A stretch of 64,000 nt of DNA from Reclinomonas americana ATCC 50394 (lineage: Eukaryota): assembly GCA_048213135.1 (NCBI GenBank), contig PS015010.1:1984001-2048000 (forward strand), given 5' to 3'. The position numbers and the translations under genes are program-made. Of this stretch, positions 20,124-30,384 are shown in pieces. The notes beneath the pieces are model-generated. The model was not told the origin of the DNA, did not search any database, and worked only from the letters and a program-made list of their open reading frames with translations. Positions within the stretch are counted from its first letter, which is position 1, and every line of letters starts with the position of its first letter.

Positions 20124-21260
20124 ATGAAATGTGTTCGTTTATTCCTGGTGCTTATATCAGCCGGAGCCTTCAGTTTTTCCCAGGCCCAAATCTCCGCTTT
20201 TATTAATGGTAAACCCATGAAATCCGGTACCGCGATCAATAAGGCCGACCTGGCCTCATTGGAAGTCAGTTTTAAAAACCCCAAAAGTCCTTCTTTCATA
20301 TATGGAAGATCTGTATTGGTTGTAGATATCATTGATGCCAAAAATGAGGATGTGGGATACTGGTATATCAGAAAAGACGGCACCGCCGCCGTAGAGGATT
20401 TTTTAAAAAATACTTCCGCCACAAAGAAATTCCGGGTTTTTGAAAACGGGGTGATGGAAAAGGGTGGCAATGACCTGGATTGGATATTCAATTCTTCCGC
20501 AGGAAGAGAAGACAGGAAAACACTCCAGGTTAAAATTTCCATGTCGTACAGGGAAAAAACAGGATACGAGCAATATGGCCAGGCAATTTCTTTACTGGAA
20601 CCGTTCATTTTAAATGTGCCGGTATGGGATGCCAAAAACCTGTCGCTCCCCTACCTTGACCTTACCGTTGATAAGAGCAATATTACCACTGACTTTTCTT
20701 TGAAACAAAACGGCAGACTTGGTGCAAAAGGTACGATACTGGGATATGAGTTGAAAGATAACAACAACTACCGGTATAGCATCTATGCCATATCAAGTGA
20801 TGATTACCCGGGTATGAATGTAAAAGAACTGGCTGATGATTTCATCCATGCGGCAGCGCTATATGCAGCACAGGATTATGTTACCAAATTCAGTAACTAC
20901 GATATCGAAAAATATACAATCGCCTGGGACGATATTAATGACTTGCTGAGTGAACGCAGGAGGATACCAAGTCTTAGCTGGAAAGGCAATAAAGACATTA
21001 GAAAAATGGACCTGCTGACTTTGTACCAGCCTGTGGAAATAAATGGATTGAAAGGATACACATTTAAAGCTGATGAAGAGTTCAGGCCAGACAGGAGTTC
21101 TAAATGGGAAAACAACGGCAAGTTTGTGATCTATATTCTTAACCATCCTTCCAATCCAAAATTAACGCTGGTAGCTTCAAATTCTTTACACAATCAATCT
21201 AAAAACGTGGAAGAAATGGACGCCTTTTTAAAGAGCATAATCAACAGCATCAAACATTAA
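20124..21260 (+). CDS. Secreted hypothetical protein
   Basis: 378-aa ORF with signal peptide ending SQA-Q. Confidence 0.8.
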   Translation: MKCVRLFLVLISAGAFSFSQAQISAFINGKPMKSGTAINKADLASLEVSFKNPKSPSFIYGRSVLVVDIIDAKNEDVGYWYIRKDGTAAVEDFLKNTSATKKFRVFENGVMEKGGNDLDWIFNSSAGREDRKTLQVKISMSYREKTGYEQYGQAISLLEPFILNVPVWDAKNLSLPYLDLTVDKSNITTDFSLKQNGRLGAKGTILGYELKDNNNYRYSIYAISSDDYPGMNVKELADDFIHAAALYAAQDYVTKFSNYDIEKYTIAWDDINDLLSERRRIPSLSWKGNKDIRKMDLLTLYQPVEINGLKGYTFKADEEFRPDRSSKWENNGKFVIYILNHPSNPKLTLVASNSLHNQSKNVEEMDAFLKSIINSIKH

Positions 21261-21309
21261 AAAACTCTGTGAAAATCAACAATTTTTAATCAACCAATTA
21301 TTTAAAAAA

Positions 21310-21687
21310 ATGAAGAAAGTATTTACAGCGGTAGCATTATCTGCAACCCTCTTTATCGCGGCATGCGGCGGCGGCTCAGACAAGCCGGCAGAAGCACCGG
21401 CAGTAGCCAACCCGGGCAAAATGAATGATTTTATCGCAATTCTTGACGGCACGGACGGAAGTTCAAAGAAGGCCGCCGATACTTATTTTAGTGACAGCTT
21501 AAAAAACAGCCAGGCAGAGTCCAACAACCTTACTTTTACCAATTATATCATGAAGGATGCAAAGGTTGTATCTGTAGAAGGCCAGTGTTGCACAATGGAA
21601 GCGAAAGCAGGTGTTACAACCCGCAGCTTCAAACTTTGCTGGCAGGGTGATAAAGTAACAGGTATTGAAGATCTGGGGATAAAGTAA
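21310..21687 (+). CDS. Hypothetical lipoprotein
   Basis: MKKVFTAVALSATLFIAA-C lipobox; followed by a terminator. Confidence 0.8.
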   Translation: MKKVFTAVALSATLFIAACGGGSDKPAEAPAVANPGKMNDFIAILDGTDGSSKKAADTYFSDSLKNSQAESNNLTFTNYIMKDAKVVSVEGQCCTMEAKAGVTTRSFKLCWQGDKVTGIEDLGIK

Positions 21688-21720
21688 ACAGTCTCTTTTA
21701 TCGGTTCAGATAAAAATTGT

Positions 21721-21749
21721 AAAGCCCTTCGTAATTGAAGGGCTTTTTT
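21721..21749 (+). terminator. Rho-independent terminator
   Basis: AAAGCCCTTC-loop-GAAGGGCTTT plus T tail. Confidence 0.85.
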
Positions 21750-21891
21750 ATGACGTATCGTGTGCCGCAAGTGATTGAAATACATTCTAGCCACCCATTA
21801 ACGAGGTTTTAAAATGTGTAGTGGGGATGGCTGGGCGCCATGCTGCACATTCCCTGGAATCATCCGCACTATTTTCTTATAGCACAAAAAC

Positions 21892-21918
21892 AAAAAAGCC
21901 CCACATTTGTGAGGCTTT
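21892..21918 (-). terminator. Terminator of tRNA-Asp
   Basis: Minus strand AAAGCCTCAC-AAAT-GTGGGGCTTTTTT directly after the tRNA. Confidence 0.75.
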
Positions 21919-21922
21919 GTTG

Positions 21923-21996
21923 CGGACTGGACGGGACTCGAACCCGCGACCTCCGCCGTGACAGGGCGGCATTCTAACCAACTGAACTACCAATCC
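21923..21996 (-). tRNA. tRNA-Asp (GTC)
   Basis: Reverse complement GGATTGGTAGTTCAGTTGGTTAGAATGCCGCCCTGTCACGGCGGAGGTCGCGGGTTCGAGTCCCGTCCAGTCCG; cloverleaf; CCA not encoded. Confidence 0.97.
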
Positions 21997-22045
21997 AAAA
22001 CTGTTGGTTTTGGTCCCCGAAACAGGTTTCCCGTTTAAGGGATGG

Positions 22046-22077
22046 CAAAGATAGGTTTTTGGTGTTTTCTCACCAAA
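22046..22077 (-). promoter_or_regulatory. Bacteroidota primary-sigma promoter of tRNA-Asp
   Basis: Minus strand TTTG-N20-TATCTTTG, matching TTTG-N19-21-TAnnTTTG. Confidence 0.75.
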
Positions 22078-22181
22078 CTTTTATAAAAAAAAATTGCGGG
22101 CGCTGAATTTAGCAACTATCTTACATCCTGTTTCAGAATATATAATATTAATTCATTAATATTCAAGCGCAAAACTACTCC

Positions 22182-23153
22182 ATGCCAGAACTTAGTAAAC
22201 GCCAGTTCCTCGATTTTGAAAAGCCCATTAAGGAGCTGTATGACCAGATAGAAGTACAAAAAACAACAGGGGAAAAAGGCAAAATAGACGTGAGCGGCAC
22301 CATTGCCATGCTCGAACAAAGAATACTCGAAACCAAAAAACACCTCACCGCCAACCTCACACCCTGGCAGAAGGTGCAGATCAGCAGGCACCCCGACAGG
22401 CCCTATACACTCAAGTACATCGAAAAAATGTGTACCGACTTCATGGAACTGCATGGTGACCGCAATGTAAAAGACGACAAAGCCATGGTGGGCGGCTTCG
22501 CGAGGCTGGGCGACGAAACCGTAATGATCATCGGGCAGCAAAAAGGCTCCAATACCAAGATGCGCCAGATGCGGAACTTCGGTATGGCCAATCCTGAAGG
22601 TTACCGCAAAGCACTGCGCCTGATGAAACTGGCGGAAAAATTCAACAAACCCATTATCACCCTTATCGATACCCCCGGGGCTTATCCCGGCCTGGAAGCG
22701 GAAGAACGCGGACAGGGCGAGGCCATCGCACGTAATATTTATGAAATGATACGCCTTAAAGTACCCGTGATCTGTGTGGTCATCGGTGAAGGCGCCAGCG
22801 GCGGGGCTCTCGGCATAGGCGTAGGCGACCGCGTATTCATGATGGAAAACACCTGGTATACCGTTATCTCTCCCGAAAACTGCAGCACCATCCTGTGGCG
22901 CAGCTGGGCTCAAAAAGAAGTGGCGGCTGAGCAACTGCGGCTTACAGGTGACGACATGCTGCGTTTTGGGCTGGTTGATGGCGTGATACCCGAACCCCTG
23001 GGCGGTGCCCACTGGGATTATGATGAGGCTGCACAATTACTGAAGAACTACCTCATACCCGTACTGCAGGAACTGAAAAAAATACCTGCTGAAGAAAGGG
23101 CACAGCAAAGAATAGAGAAATTTGGCAAGATGGGTTTCTGGCAGGAAGCCTAA
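22182..23153 (+). CDS. accA: Acetyl-CoA carboxylase carboxyltransferase alpha
   Basis: [57 protein letters not shown]. Confidence 0.98.
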   Translation: MPELSKRQFLDFEKPIKELYDQIEVQKTTGEKGKIDVSGTIAMLEQRILETKKHLTANLTPWQKVQISRHPDRPYTLKYIEKMCTDFMELHGDRNVKDDKAMVGGFARLGDETVMIIGQQKGSNTKMRQMRNFGMANPEGYRKALRLMKLAEKFNKPIITLIDTPGAYPGLEAEERGQGEAIARNIYEMIRLKVPVICVVIGEGASGGALGIGVGDRVFMMENTWYTVISPENCSTILWRSWAQKEVAAEQLRLTGDDMLRFGLVDGVIPEPLGGAHWDYDEAAQLLKNYLIPVLQELKKIPAEERAQQRIEKFGKMGFWQEA

Positions 23154-23177
23154 CCTTCTTCCCCTTGAACAATAGTA

Positions 23178-23207
23178 AAGCCCTCCCATACCGGAGGGCT
23201 TCTTTTT
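23178..23207 (+). terminator. Terminator after accA
   Basis: AAGCCCTCC/GGAGGGCTT stem plus T tail. Confidence 0.75.
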
Positions 23208-23296
23208 ACACCCATCCCCTCTTTTGCCACGCTCCTGTACTTTGTTTTTAGGGTTTCACGCATATTTTGTTGGTTTGCTTCATAATTAAACACCTC

Positions 23297-24361
23297 GTGC
23301 AAAAGAACAGTTCTCTTTCCCTTTACTGGAAATGCCAGCTACTCGGCTGGGCGGCGGCATCACTGTACTGGGGATACATGGGGTATATCGGTTCCAATTT
23401 CAGTTATTGGCTGGCCCTCATTCATTTTTTTGCCGATATGCTGATGTACATCGGTCTTACCCACCTGTTCCGTAACCTCTCCCGTCACTGGTCCTGGCAC
23501 ACCCTTTCACCGGGAAAATTATTGCCGCGTATTATACCTGCAGTAATTGTTTTGGGTTTTCTCTTTATGATGGTTACGGTTGGAAAAACCTACCTGGTAA
23601 GGTACTGGTTTGAATACGGGTTTTCGGAATCACTCCGTGTGTATGCCAGCAACATAGTATTGGTAACCACATTTATGACAGGTATAAGGTTGATGTCGAT
23701 ATGGCTGCTGGCTTATTACGGTTACCATTATGCGCAGCGGGAGATCAGAGCTTCACGTGAAAGCGCCCGGCTGGCCCTGGTTGCTAAAGATGCACAGCTC
23801 AACAACCTGGCGGCACAACTCAACCCGCATTTCTTTTTTAATTCACTCAACAATATCAAGTCACTGGTAACTGCCGATCCCCTCGCGGCACGGCGGGCTA
23901 TTGATTTGTTGTCTGAATTGATGCGCACTTCCTTATATAAACGGGATCAGCAGCTGATTACGGTACAGGAAGAAATGGCTCTGGTGAGCGATTACCTGGA
24001 ACTGGAGAAAATACGTTTTGAAAAAAGATTAACCACTCATATCCAGGTCGGTGATCAAACAGCGACAGCACTGGTACCGCCACTCAGTATACAAACTTTA
24101 GTTGAAAACGCTATCAAGCATGGTATAGCACAACGAAAGGAAGGCGGCACCATCAACATCATCATAAGGCAGGAACAAAATGATACCCTTATCACCGTGG
24201 AGAACCCGGGGCAACTGCACTCCAGCGCGGCACCGGGACTTGGGCTGAAAAACCTGGAAGAAAGGCTGCAGCTGCAATTCAATGGGCGTGCGAGTTTCAG
24301 GTTAATGTCAACTACGCAGGACACCATATTGGCAACGCTTACAATTCCGCAGCATGGGTAA
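23297..24361 (+). CDS. Membrane LytS-type histidine kinase
   Basis: Four TM segments; AQLNPHFFFNSLNNI; QTLVENAIKHG; GLGLKNL. GTG start uncertain. Confidence 0.9.
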   Translation: MQKNSSLSLYWKCQLLGWAAASLYWGYMGYIGSNFSYWLALIHFFADMLMYIGLTHLFRNLSRHWSWHTLSPGKLLPRIIPAVIVLGFLFMMVTVGKTYLVRYWFEYGFSESLRVYASNIVLVTTFMTGIRLMSIWLLAYYGYHYAQREIRASRESARLALVAKDAQLNNLAAQLNPHFFFNSLNNIKSLVTADPLAARRAIDLLSELMRTSLYKRDQQLITVQEEMALVSDYLELEKIRFEKRLTTHIQVGDQTATALVPPLSIQTLVENAIKHGIAQRKEGGTINIIIRQEQNDTLITVENPGQLHSSAAPGLGLKNLEERLQLQFNGRASFRLMSTTQDTILATLTIPQHG

Positions 24362-25064
24362 ATGGCAGGTCATAATTATTGATGATGAACGGCTGGCACG
24401 GGAAGAACTGCGCCGGGCATTGGTCGCCTATCCCGAACTGGAAGTAGTGGCAGAAGCGGAACATGCCGATGAAGCGGAAGAACAGATCAGGAAATGGCAA
24501 CCGCAACTTATCTTCCTCGATATACAGATGCCGGAGCGCACAGGTTTCGATCTGCTGGAATCACTGGAACAGGTGCCGGAGATCATTTTCACCACAGCAT
24601 TTGACCAGTACGCGGTGAAAGCATTTGAGGCCAATGCGCTCGACTACCTGGTAAAACCCATACGTGATGAACGCTTATCCATGGCGATGGAGAAAGTCAG
24701 AATAAAGTTATCCGCCCGTGAGCAGGAATTACCGGAAGATAAAACACTGTTCATTAAAGACGGGGAACGTTATCATTTTATAAAGGTGAGTGATATTTAC
24801 CTGGCGGAATCCGCCGGCAATTATGCCCGTCTTTATTTCAGCAATAAAAAAATTTACATCCGCCGGTCGCTGAACCAACTGGAGAACATTCTGCCTTCGG
24901 CTGTGTTCTTCCGTACCAGCAGAACGGAGATCATCAACCTTAATTTCATCAGCTCCGTAGAAAGCTTACCCAACGGGCATTTGATGGCAACCCTGCAAAG
25001 CGGGCAATCCCTGGTCATGTCAAACCGGCAATCGGCGGTATTCCGGAATAAGAACAGTTTATGA
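24354..25064 (+). CDS. LytTR-family response regulator
   Basis: IIDDERLAR, IFLDIQMP, FTTAFDQYA, DYLVKP, FFRTSR. Confidence 0.95.
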   Translation: MGKWQVIIIDDERLAREELRRALVAYPELEVVAEAEHADEAEEQIRKWQPQLIFLDIQMPERTGFDLLESLEQVPEIIFTTAFDQYAVKAFEANALDYLVKPIRDERLSMAMEKVRIKLSAREQELPEDKTLFIKDGERYHFIKVSDIYLAESAGNYARLYFSNKKIYIRRSLNQLENILPSAVFFRTSRTEIINLNFISSVESLPNGHLMATLQSGQSLVMSNRQSAVFRNKNSL

Positions 25065-25110
25065 TCCACAAAGAATAAATGATATTGTAATCACTCACTA
25101 AAGTATAGCC

Positions 25111-26829
25111 ATGAAAAAAATAATGCTTCTTGCCATGATGGCAATGACAACGTATGCCTGCACCTCGCAAAACCAGGCCGACAGCACCTACAGCATCAGC
25201 GACAGTGTACTCATCCGCACTCGCGATGGTGCACAGGTATCAGCGTTACTGGTACGAAAAAAAGGGGTTACGGAGAAACAGGCCACTATATTGGTATTTA
25301 CCATTTACGCCAGGCCAACCGACATTAAAAAAGCGAAAGAGGCCGCGGATAAAGGCTATACCGGCATGGTAGCTTTTACGCGGGGTAAGCGGTACAGTCC
25401 GGATGCGCCCCTCCCTTATGAGCATGATGGCGAAGATGTGTACGACGTCATAGACTGGATCGATCACCAGCCCTGGAGCAATCACCAGGTGGCTATGTAC
25501 GGCGGCAGTTATACCGGTTTCACCTCCTGGGCTTCCATGAAAAAATTGCATCCCGCACTGAAAACGATCGTCGCTTCCGCTTCCTGTGCTCCCGGCCTGG
25601 ATGTACCCATGACCAACAATGTGTTCATGAGTTTTGCCTTCCCCTGGATATATTATACCACCAATAACAAATGGCTGGATGAAAAAGATTACCGTGATAC
25701 CATCTGGAACCGCCTGTACTGGCGATGGTACAATGAAGGCAGGGCCTACAATGCACTGGACACGATGATCGGCAGGCCCAGTGATATTTACCAGCGCTGG
25801 CTGGCCCACCCTACCTACGATAGTTACTGGCAGCACATGATCCCTTATAAAGAAGAATTTGCGCAGATCACCATTCCGGTACTTTCCACCACGGGTTACT
25901 ACGACGGCGGGCAGATAGGCGCTACCTATTACATGCGGGAACACCTTAAGTACAACCCCAAAGCGGAACACTACTTTATCATCGGTCCATACGGTCATTT
26001 TGGTTCGCAGGGCTACCCCGATTCTGTTTATAATGGTTACCGCATCGACCCGGCGGCCAACATCCGCATACACGATATCATTTATGAATGGTTCGGTCAT
26101 GTTCTGAAAAAACAACCGCTTCCTTCCCTGCTTAAGGACAGGGTGAATTTCCAGGTGATGGGTTCCAATGAATGGACACACGTTCCATCGCTTCAGCAAA
26201 TGAGTAACGATACACTCAGGATGTACCTCGCCAATACAACGGAGGGGAAAATAAAGCTGAGTTCTGTCCGCCCAAAGAAGAAAGAATACACACTGCAAAA
26301 AGTAGATTTCGCAGACCGCAATACCATCAACAATTACTATTTCATGAACGCAGTGATATACGACAGCCTGGATACCAACAACGGCCTGCTGTTCGTAAGT
26401 GATCCTGTAAAAGAAAGCACGGATATCAGCGGCAGGTTCTCCGGCCTGATGAATGTGATCATCAACAAAAAAGATATGGACTACAGCGTTGTGCTTTTTG
26501 AACAAATGCCCGATGGCAAATATTTTCTCCTCAGCTACTTTATGGGCCGGGCCAGCCATGCTGCCGATGTTACCACAAGAAAATTACTGGTACCGGGTGT
26601 TCCGCAAGGCATCCCTTTTACCAACAGTTATATCACAGCCCGCAGGCTGGAGAAAGGAAGCCGTATTGTGGCGTTGGTCAACATCAATAAAAGCGCTTTC
26701 GAACAGGTGAACTACGGAACAGGAAAGGATGTAAGTACTGAAGATATCAGCGATGCGAAAGAACCTTTACTGGTAAAATGGCTAAACAGCAGCTACCTCG
26801 ACATACCTGTTCGCAAGTGGCAAAAATGA
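25111..26829 (+). CDS. CocE/NonD-family serine hydrolase (possible lipoprotein)
   Basis: DWIDHQPWSN, YGGSYTG nucleophile motif, IGPYGH, PepX-like C-terminal domain. Confidence 0.92.
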   Translation: MKKIMLLAMMAMTTYACTSQNQADSTYSISDSVLIRTRDGAQVSALLVRKKGVTEKQATILVFTIYARPTDIKKAKEAADKGYTGMVAFTRGKRYSPDAPLPYEHDGEDVYDVIDWIDHQPWSNHQVAMYGGSYTGFTSWASMKKLHPALKTIVASASCAPGLDVPMTNNVFMSFAFPWIYYTTNNKWLDEKDYRDTIWNRLYWRWYNEGRAYNALDTMIGRPSDIYQRWLAHPTYDSYWQHMIPYKEEFAQITIPVLSTTGYYDGGQIGATYYMREHLKYNPKAEHYFIIGPYGHFGSQGYPDSVYNGYRIDPAANIRIHDIIYEWFGHVLKKQPLPSLLKDRVNFQVMGSNEWTHVPSLQQMSNDTLRMYLANTTEGKIKLSSVRPKKKEYTLQKVDFADRNTINNYYFMNAVIYDSLDTNNGLLFVSDPVKESTDISGRFSGLMNVIINKKDMDYSVVLFEQMPDGKYFLLSYFMGRASHAADVTTRKLLVPGVPQGIPFTNSYITARRLEKGSRIVALVNINKSAFEQVNYGTGKDVSTEDISDAKEPLLVKWLNSSYLDIPVRKWQK

Positions 26830-26934
26830 CGTCCGGCTATGCAATTATTTAATAGTAAATAAGCCGCCTGTGGCATGGTTTTTTCCTAGTTTTACAGGGA
26901 GATCCCCATACGTTTAACCTGTAAAATAATAGCT

Positions 26935-27756
26935 ATGAAAACGATACTCGCAGCCACCGATTTTTCGCCTGCTGCAGTTAATGCAGTCAACTACGCGGCA
27001 GGCATGGCACAGCAACTCCAGGCAGAACTGGTACTGCTGCATGTGTACCAGCTTCCCGTGGTTTACACGGAGATGCCTGCAGCCCCTATGGAGATAGCGG
27101 ATTTTGGCGAAGACGCCGAAAGAAAACTCAGGGCTGTAAAAGATGAGTTGATACATGCCACCAACAGTCAGCTTAACATTACCACGGTTACCAAACTGGG
27201 TATGTTTTACCCCGCACTGGAAGAAGCCTGTGAAGAAGTGCAGCCATACCTGGTCATTATGGGCAGCCAGGGTACTACCGCTGCTGAAAGGTTTCTTTTT
27301 GGCGGACATACCGTTCATGCCATGAAAAACCTCAACTGGCCGTTGATCTCCGTTCCACCGAATGCCGCATTCGGTCAAATAAAAAAAGCAGGGCTCGCCT
27401 GCGATTTCATTGATGTGGAAGATACCGTTCCCGTTGCAAAGATCAGTAAGTTCCTCAGTGATTTTGGCGCCGAACTGCATGTGCTCAACACAGGAAGAAA
27501 GGAACAGTTTGACCCTGAACTGGTATTTGAATCAGGTATATTACGGCGCCTGTGGCACAATCCCAAACATGTATATCATTATATCACCGCGGAAGATACC
27601 GACCAGGGTGTAATCGATTATGCCGGTGAAAAGGAAATCGATCTGCTGATCGTTATACCCAAAGAGCACAGTTTACTGGAAAAGATATTTTTCAAAAGTC
27701 ATACAAAACAAATGGTGCTGCACAGTCCCATACCGGTGATGGCACTGCATTACTGA
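26935..27756 (+). CDS. Universal stress protein (tandem USP)
   Basis: MKTILAATDFS, LVLLHVY, LVIMGSQG, SPIPVMAL. Confidence 0.93.
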   Translation: MKTILAATDFSPAAVNAVNYAAGMAQQLQAELVLLHVYQLPVVYTEMPAAPMEIADFGEDAERKLRAVKDELIHATNSQLNITTVTKLGMFYPALEEACEEVQPYLVIMGSQGTTAAERFLFGGHTVHAMKNLNWPLISVPPNAAFGQIKKAGLACDFIDVEDTVPVAKISKFLSDFGAELHVLNTGRKEQFDPELVFESGILRRLWHNPKHVYHYITAEDTDQGVIDYAGEKEIDLLIVIPKEHSLLEKIFFKSHTKQMVLHSPIPVMALHY

Positions 27757-27761
27757 AGTAA

Positions 27762-28334
27762 CTATTCAATTACTATATCATACTTCCCCAGCAAACCGGC
27801 GAGTCCGTTTACGGAGAACAGGGCTTTCTTTATCCTGTTGGCCTCGGGGTTGATCGTAAAATTCCATGCCGTGCGGAAATCAACCTTCTCCAATACCGAT
27901 CGATCGAAAACGGCGCCGGCCATATCACAATGATCAAATACAGCGCCTGCAAGATCCGCTTCAGTAAAATCCACTTCGTGTACAACACATTTTTTAAATA
28001 TAGTCTTGCGCAGGTTGCGCTGGTAGAAACAGGAATGGGTAAGGGTACAATTATCGAAGCTCACTTCAAACGATAATACTTTGCAATGTTCAAAATGCAA
28101 GCCCAGCATTTTACAATCCTGGAAACTGACTTCCTGGAAAGCTGTTTCTCCAAGCATACACATACTCAGGTCGCAATTATCAAAAACACATTCCGTGAAT
28201 TGTATCGCTGAAAGATTGACTCCGCCCAGGTTGCAGTTCACAAAGCGGCAATGCTCATATACCCCGGGCTTCAAAGGTTGTTCTGTATAGTTGATGTGTG
28301 AAAATGTCTGCTCTTCGAAATATTGCTTCTCCAT
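27762..28334 (-). CDS. Pentapeptide repeat protein
   Basis: Repeating CxFxx/ADLAG/AVFDR pentapeptides. Confidence 0.92.
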   Translation of the reverse strand: MEKQYFEEQTFSHINYTEQPLKPGVYEHCRFVNCNLGGVNLSAIQFTECVFDNCDLSMCMLGETAFQEVSFQDCKMLGLHFEHCKVLSFEVSFDNCTLTHSCFYQRNLRKTIFKKCVVHEVDFTEADLAGAVFDHCDMAGAVFDRSVLEKVDFRTAWNFTINPEANRIKKALFSVNGLAGLLGKYDIVIE

Positions 28335-28354
28335 ATCAATTAAAGCGAATAGTG

Positions 28355-29197
28355 TTAATGATAATTAGCTAAACCTGTCATACGGATCACTTCATCGCGG
28401 CTCCTCCCCTCCTTGCGCAGGCTTTGTATTGACAACGCTCCTTCCGACTTTGACAACTTTGTTCCCTGTCCGTCTTTCAGCAAAGGATGATGATAAAAAT
28501 AGGCTGATAAAAAAGCTCCCGCATCCAGTACATCTGCCAGGTACAATTGCGCCAGCGTGGAATCGAGCAGGTCTTCTCCCCTTATCACCAGGTCGATGCC
28601 GAAATGCAGGTCATCGGCCAGTGAAGCCAGCTGGTAAGCCGGGTACCCGTCCTTTTTGCGTATTACAAAATCTTTCACCGATGCCGGCAATGTATATCGA
28701 TGTATCTGCCCGTCCGGGGACTGGAAAGAAAGAGGTTTTGACATATTCGTACGTATTCTCCAGTTCACACCCGGCGTGTCCAGTGGTATTTGTTTGTCGC
28801 GGCAGGTACCGGCATAAGCACCATCAACGCTGTGCTGCAGTACCTGTGTACGGGTACAGGTACAGGCAAAGACCAGCCTTTTGTCAACCAGCTGTTGCAG
28901 TAATGCCTGGTAAACGGGCAGCCGATGTACCTGCGAATACAGTTCGCAGTACTCCTGCATATTCTGCGGTCCCTCATTCCATGTAATGCCCAGGAAATTC
29001 AGGGTATTGAAAATATCCTGTACATAGTCGTCCTGTATTCTTTCCCTGTCAAGATCATCGATACGTAACAATATACCTGCCCCATACTGTGCCGCCACCC
29101 GGCTGGTAAGCAGGAAACTATATGCATTGCCCAGGTGAAGAAAACCACTGGGCGTTGGTGCAATACGGGTTTTGACAAAATGAGGCTGACCGATCAT
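28355..29197 (-). CDS. gluQ: Glutamyl-Q tRNA(Asp) synthetase (GluRS catalytic-domain paralog)
   Basis: RIAPTPSGFLHLGN, LRIDDLD, CTCTR...Y...C zinc site, AYQLA, RGEDL, KLSKS; no anticodon-binding domain. Confidence 0.85.
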   Translation of the reverse strand: MIGQPHFVKTRIAPTPSGFLHLGNAYSFLLTSRVAAQYGAGILLRIDDLDRERIQDDYVQDIFNTLNFLGITWNEGPQNMQEYCELYSQVHRLPVYQALLQQLVDKRLVFACTCTRTQVLQHSVDGAYAGTCRDKQIPLDTPGVNWRIRTNMSKPLSFQSPDGQIHRYTLPASVKDFVIRKKDGYPAYQLASLADDLHFGIDLVIRGEDLLDSTLAQLYLADVLDAGAFLSAYFYHHPLLKDGQGTKLSKSEGALSIQSLRKEGRSRDEVIRMTGLANYH

Positions 29198-29345
29198 AAT
29201 ACTGAGGAAAGTAAAGATAGGATTTCCGGTGCTGACATTTACCGCACAGGATGTCAACCTAACCAGCTGCCCCTCCCCAGAATATTTGCCCCCTGCTGCC
29301 TGATATAGCCTTAAAAAATTATCTTTGGCAAAAGAAACATGCTAT

Positions 29346-30317
29346 ATGCTTAAAGTAGGAGTCATCGGGGCAGGCCACCTGGGAAAATTTCACCTGAATA
29401 ACTGGACTGTGATCGATGGGGTACAACTGGTTGGTTTTTGCGATACCGACGATGCCAATTCCGCCCTGGTAGCGGAAAAATATAATATCCCCCGTTTTGC
29501 CACAACTGAAGAACTGCTCGATGCCTGCGATGCCGTAGATATTGTAGCGCCTACTACTTTTCATTACGAATTATGCGAAGCGGCGATCAAGAAAGGCAAA
29601 CATGTTTTTGTGGAAAAACCGCTGACCAATACCATGGACGAGGCCCGCAACCTGGTAAAACTGGCCAAGGAGGCCAATATCAAATTCCAGGTGGGGCACG
29701 TAGAGCGTTTTAACCCCGCTTTCCTGGCCCTCAAAAAACAGCAGCTCCAGCCCATGTTCATCGAGGTGCACCGCCTGGCGCAATTTAATCCACGCGGTAC
29801 GGATGTAAGTGTGATCCTGGACCTGATGATACACGATATTGACATCATCCTCAGCCTGGTTAAAAGCGACGTAAGTTATATCAGCGCCAACGGCGTGGCT
29901 GTTATGAGCGATACGCCTGACATTGCCAACGTTCGCATTGAATTTGACAATGGCTGCGTAGCCAACCTCACCAGTAGCCGTATTTCCATGAAAAAAATGA
30001 GGAAGATGCGCCTGTTCCAGAAAGACGCCTACATTGGTATAGATTTCCTGGAAAAGAAAACAGAAGTGATCAAATTGAATACGCCGGGAGATAAAGATGT
30101 ATTTACATTCGATATTGAGACCAATAATGGTAAAAAAACCATCGCCATTGCCAATCCCGCCATTGCCGAGGTGAATGCCATGAAACTGGAACTGGAAGAA
30201 TTCAGGGATGCCATCCTCTACAATACCGATACCCCTGTAAGTATTGTAGACGGCTTCAGGGCCATGGAAGTCGCTCACCAGATACTCGACAAGATCGGCA
30301 AACTCAGCGTACACTAA
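29346..30317 (+). CDS. Gfo/Idh/MocA-family oxidoreductase
   Basis: [42 protein letters not shown] promoter element at 29320-29327. Confidence 0.93.
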   Translation: MLKVGVIGAGHLGKFHLNNWTVIDGVQLVGFCDTDDANSALVAEKYNIPRFATTEELLDACDAVDIVAPTTFHYELCEAAIKKGKHVFVEKPLTNTMDEARNLVKLAKEANIKFQVGHVERFNPAFLALKKQQLQPMFIEVHRLAQFNPRGTDVSVILDLMIHDIDIILSLVKSDVSYISANGVAVMSDTPDIANVRIEFDNGCVANLTSSRISMKKMRKMRLFQKDAYIGIDFLEKKTEVIKLNTPGDKDVFTFDIETNNGKKTIAIANPAIAEVNAMKLELEEFRDAILYNTDTPVSIVDGFRAMEVAHQILDKIGKLSVH

Positions 30318-30384
30318 TGTAATTGTCCGTTCGGCACTGAACGATTATTCCCGTAACAACAACGGTATTGTTTACATTTACAGC

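Noticed and set aside
22116-23036. 306-aa minus-strand ORF
   Set aside because: Antisense to accA.
25246-26559. 437-aa minus-strand ORF
   Set aside because: Antisense to the CocE/NonD gene; codon-bias shadow.
26871-26885. TGGCATGGTTTTTTC as a sigma-54 promoter for the USP gene
   Set aside because: The -24 element fits but the -12 GC is missing; insufficient support.
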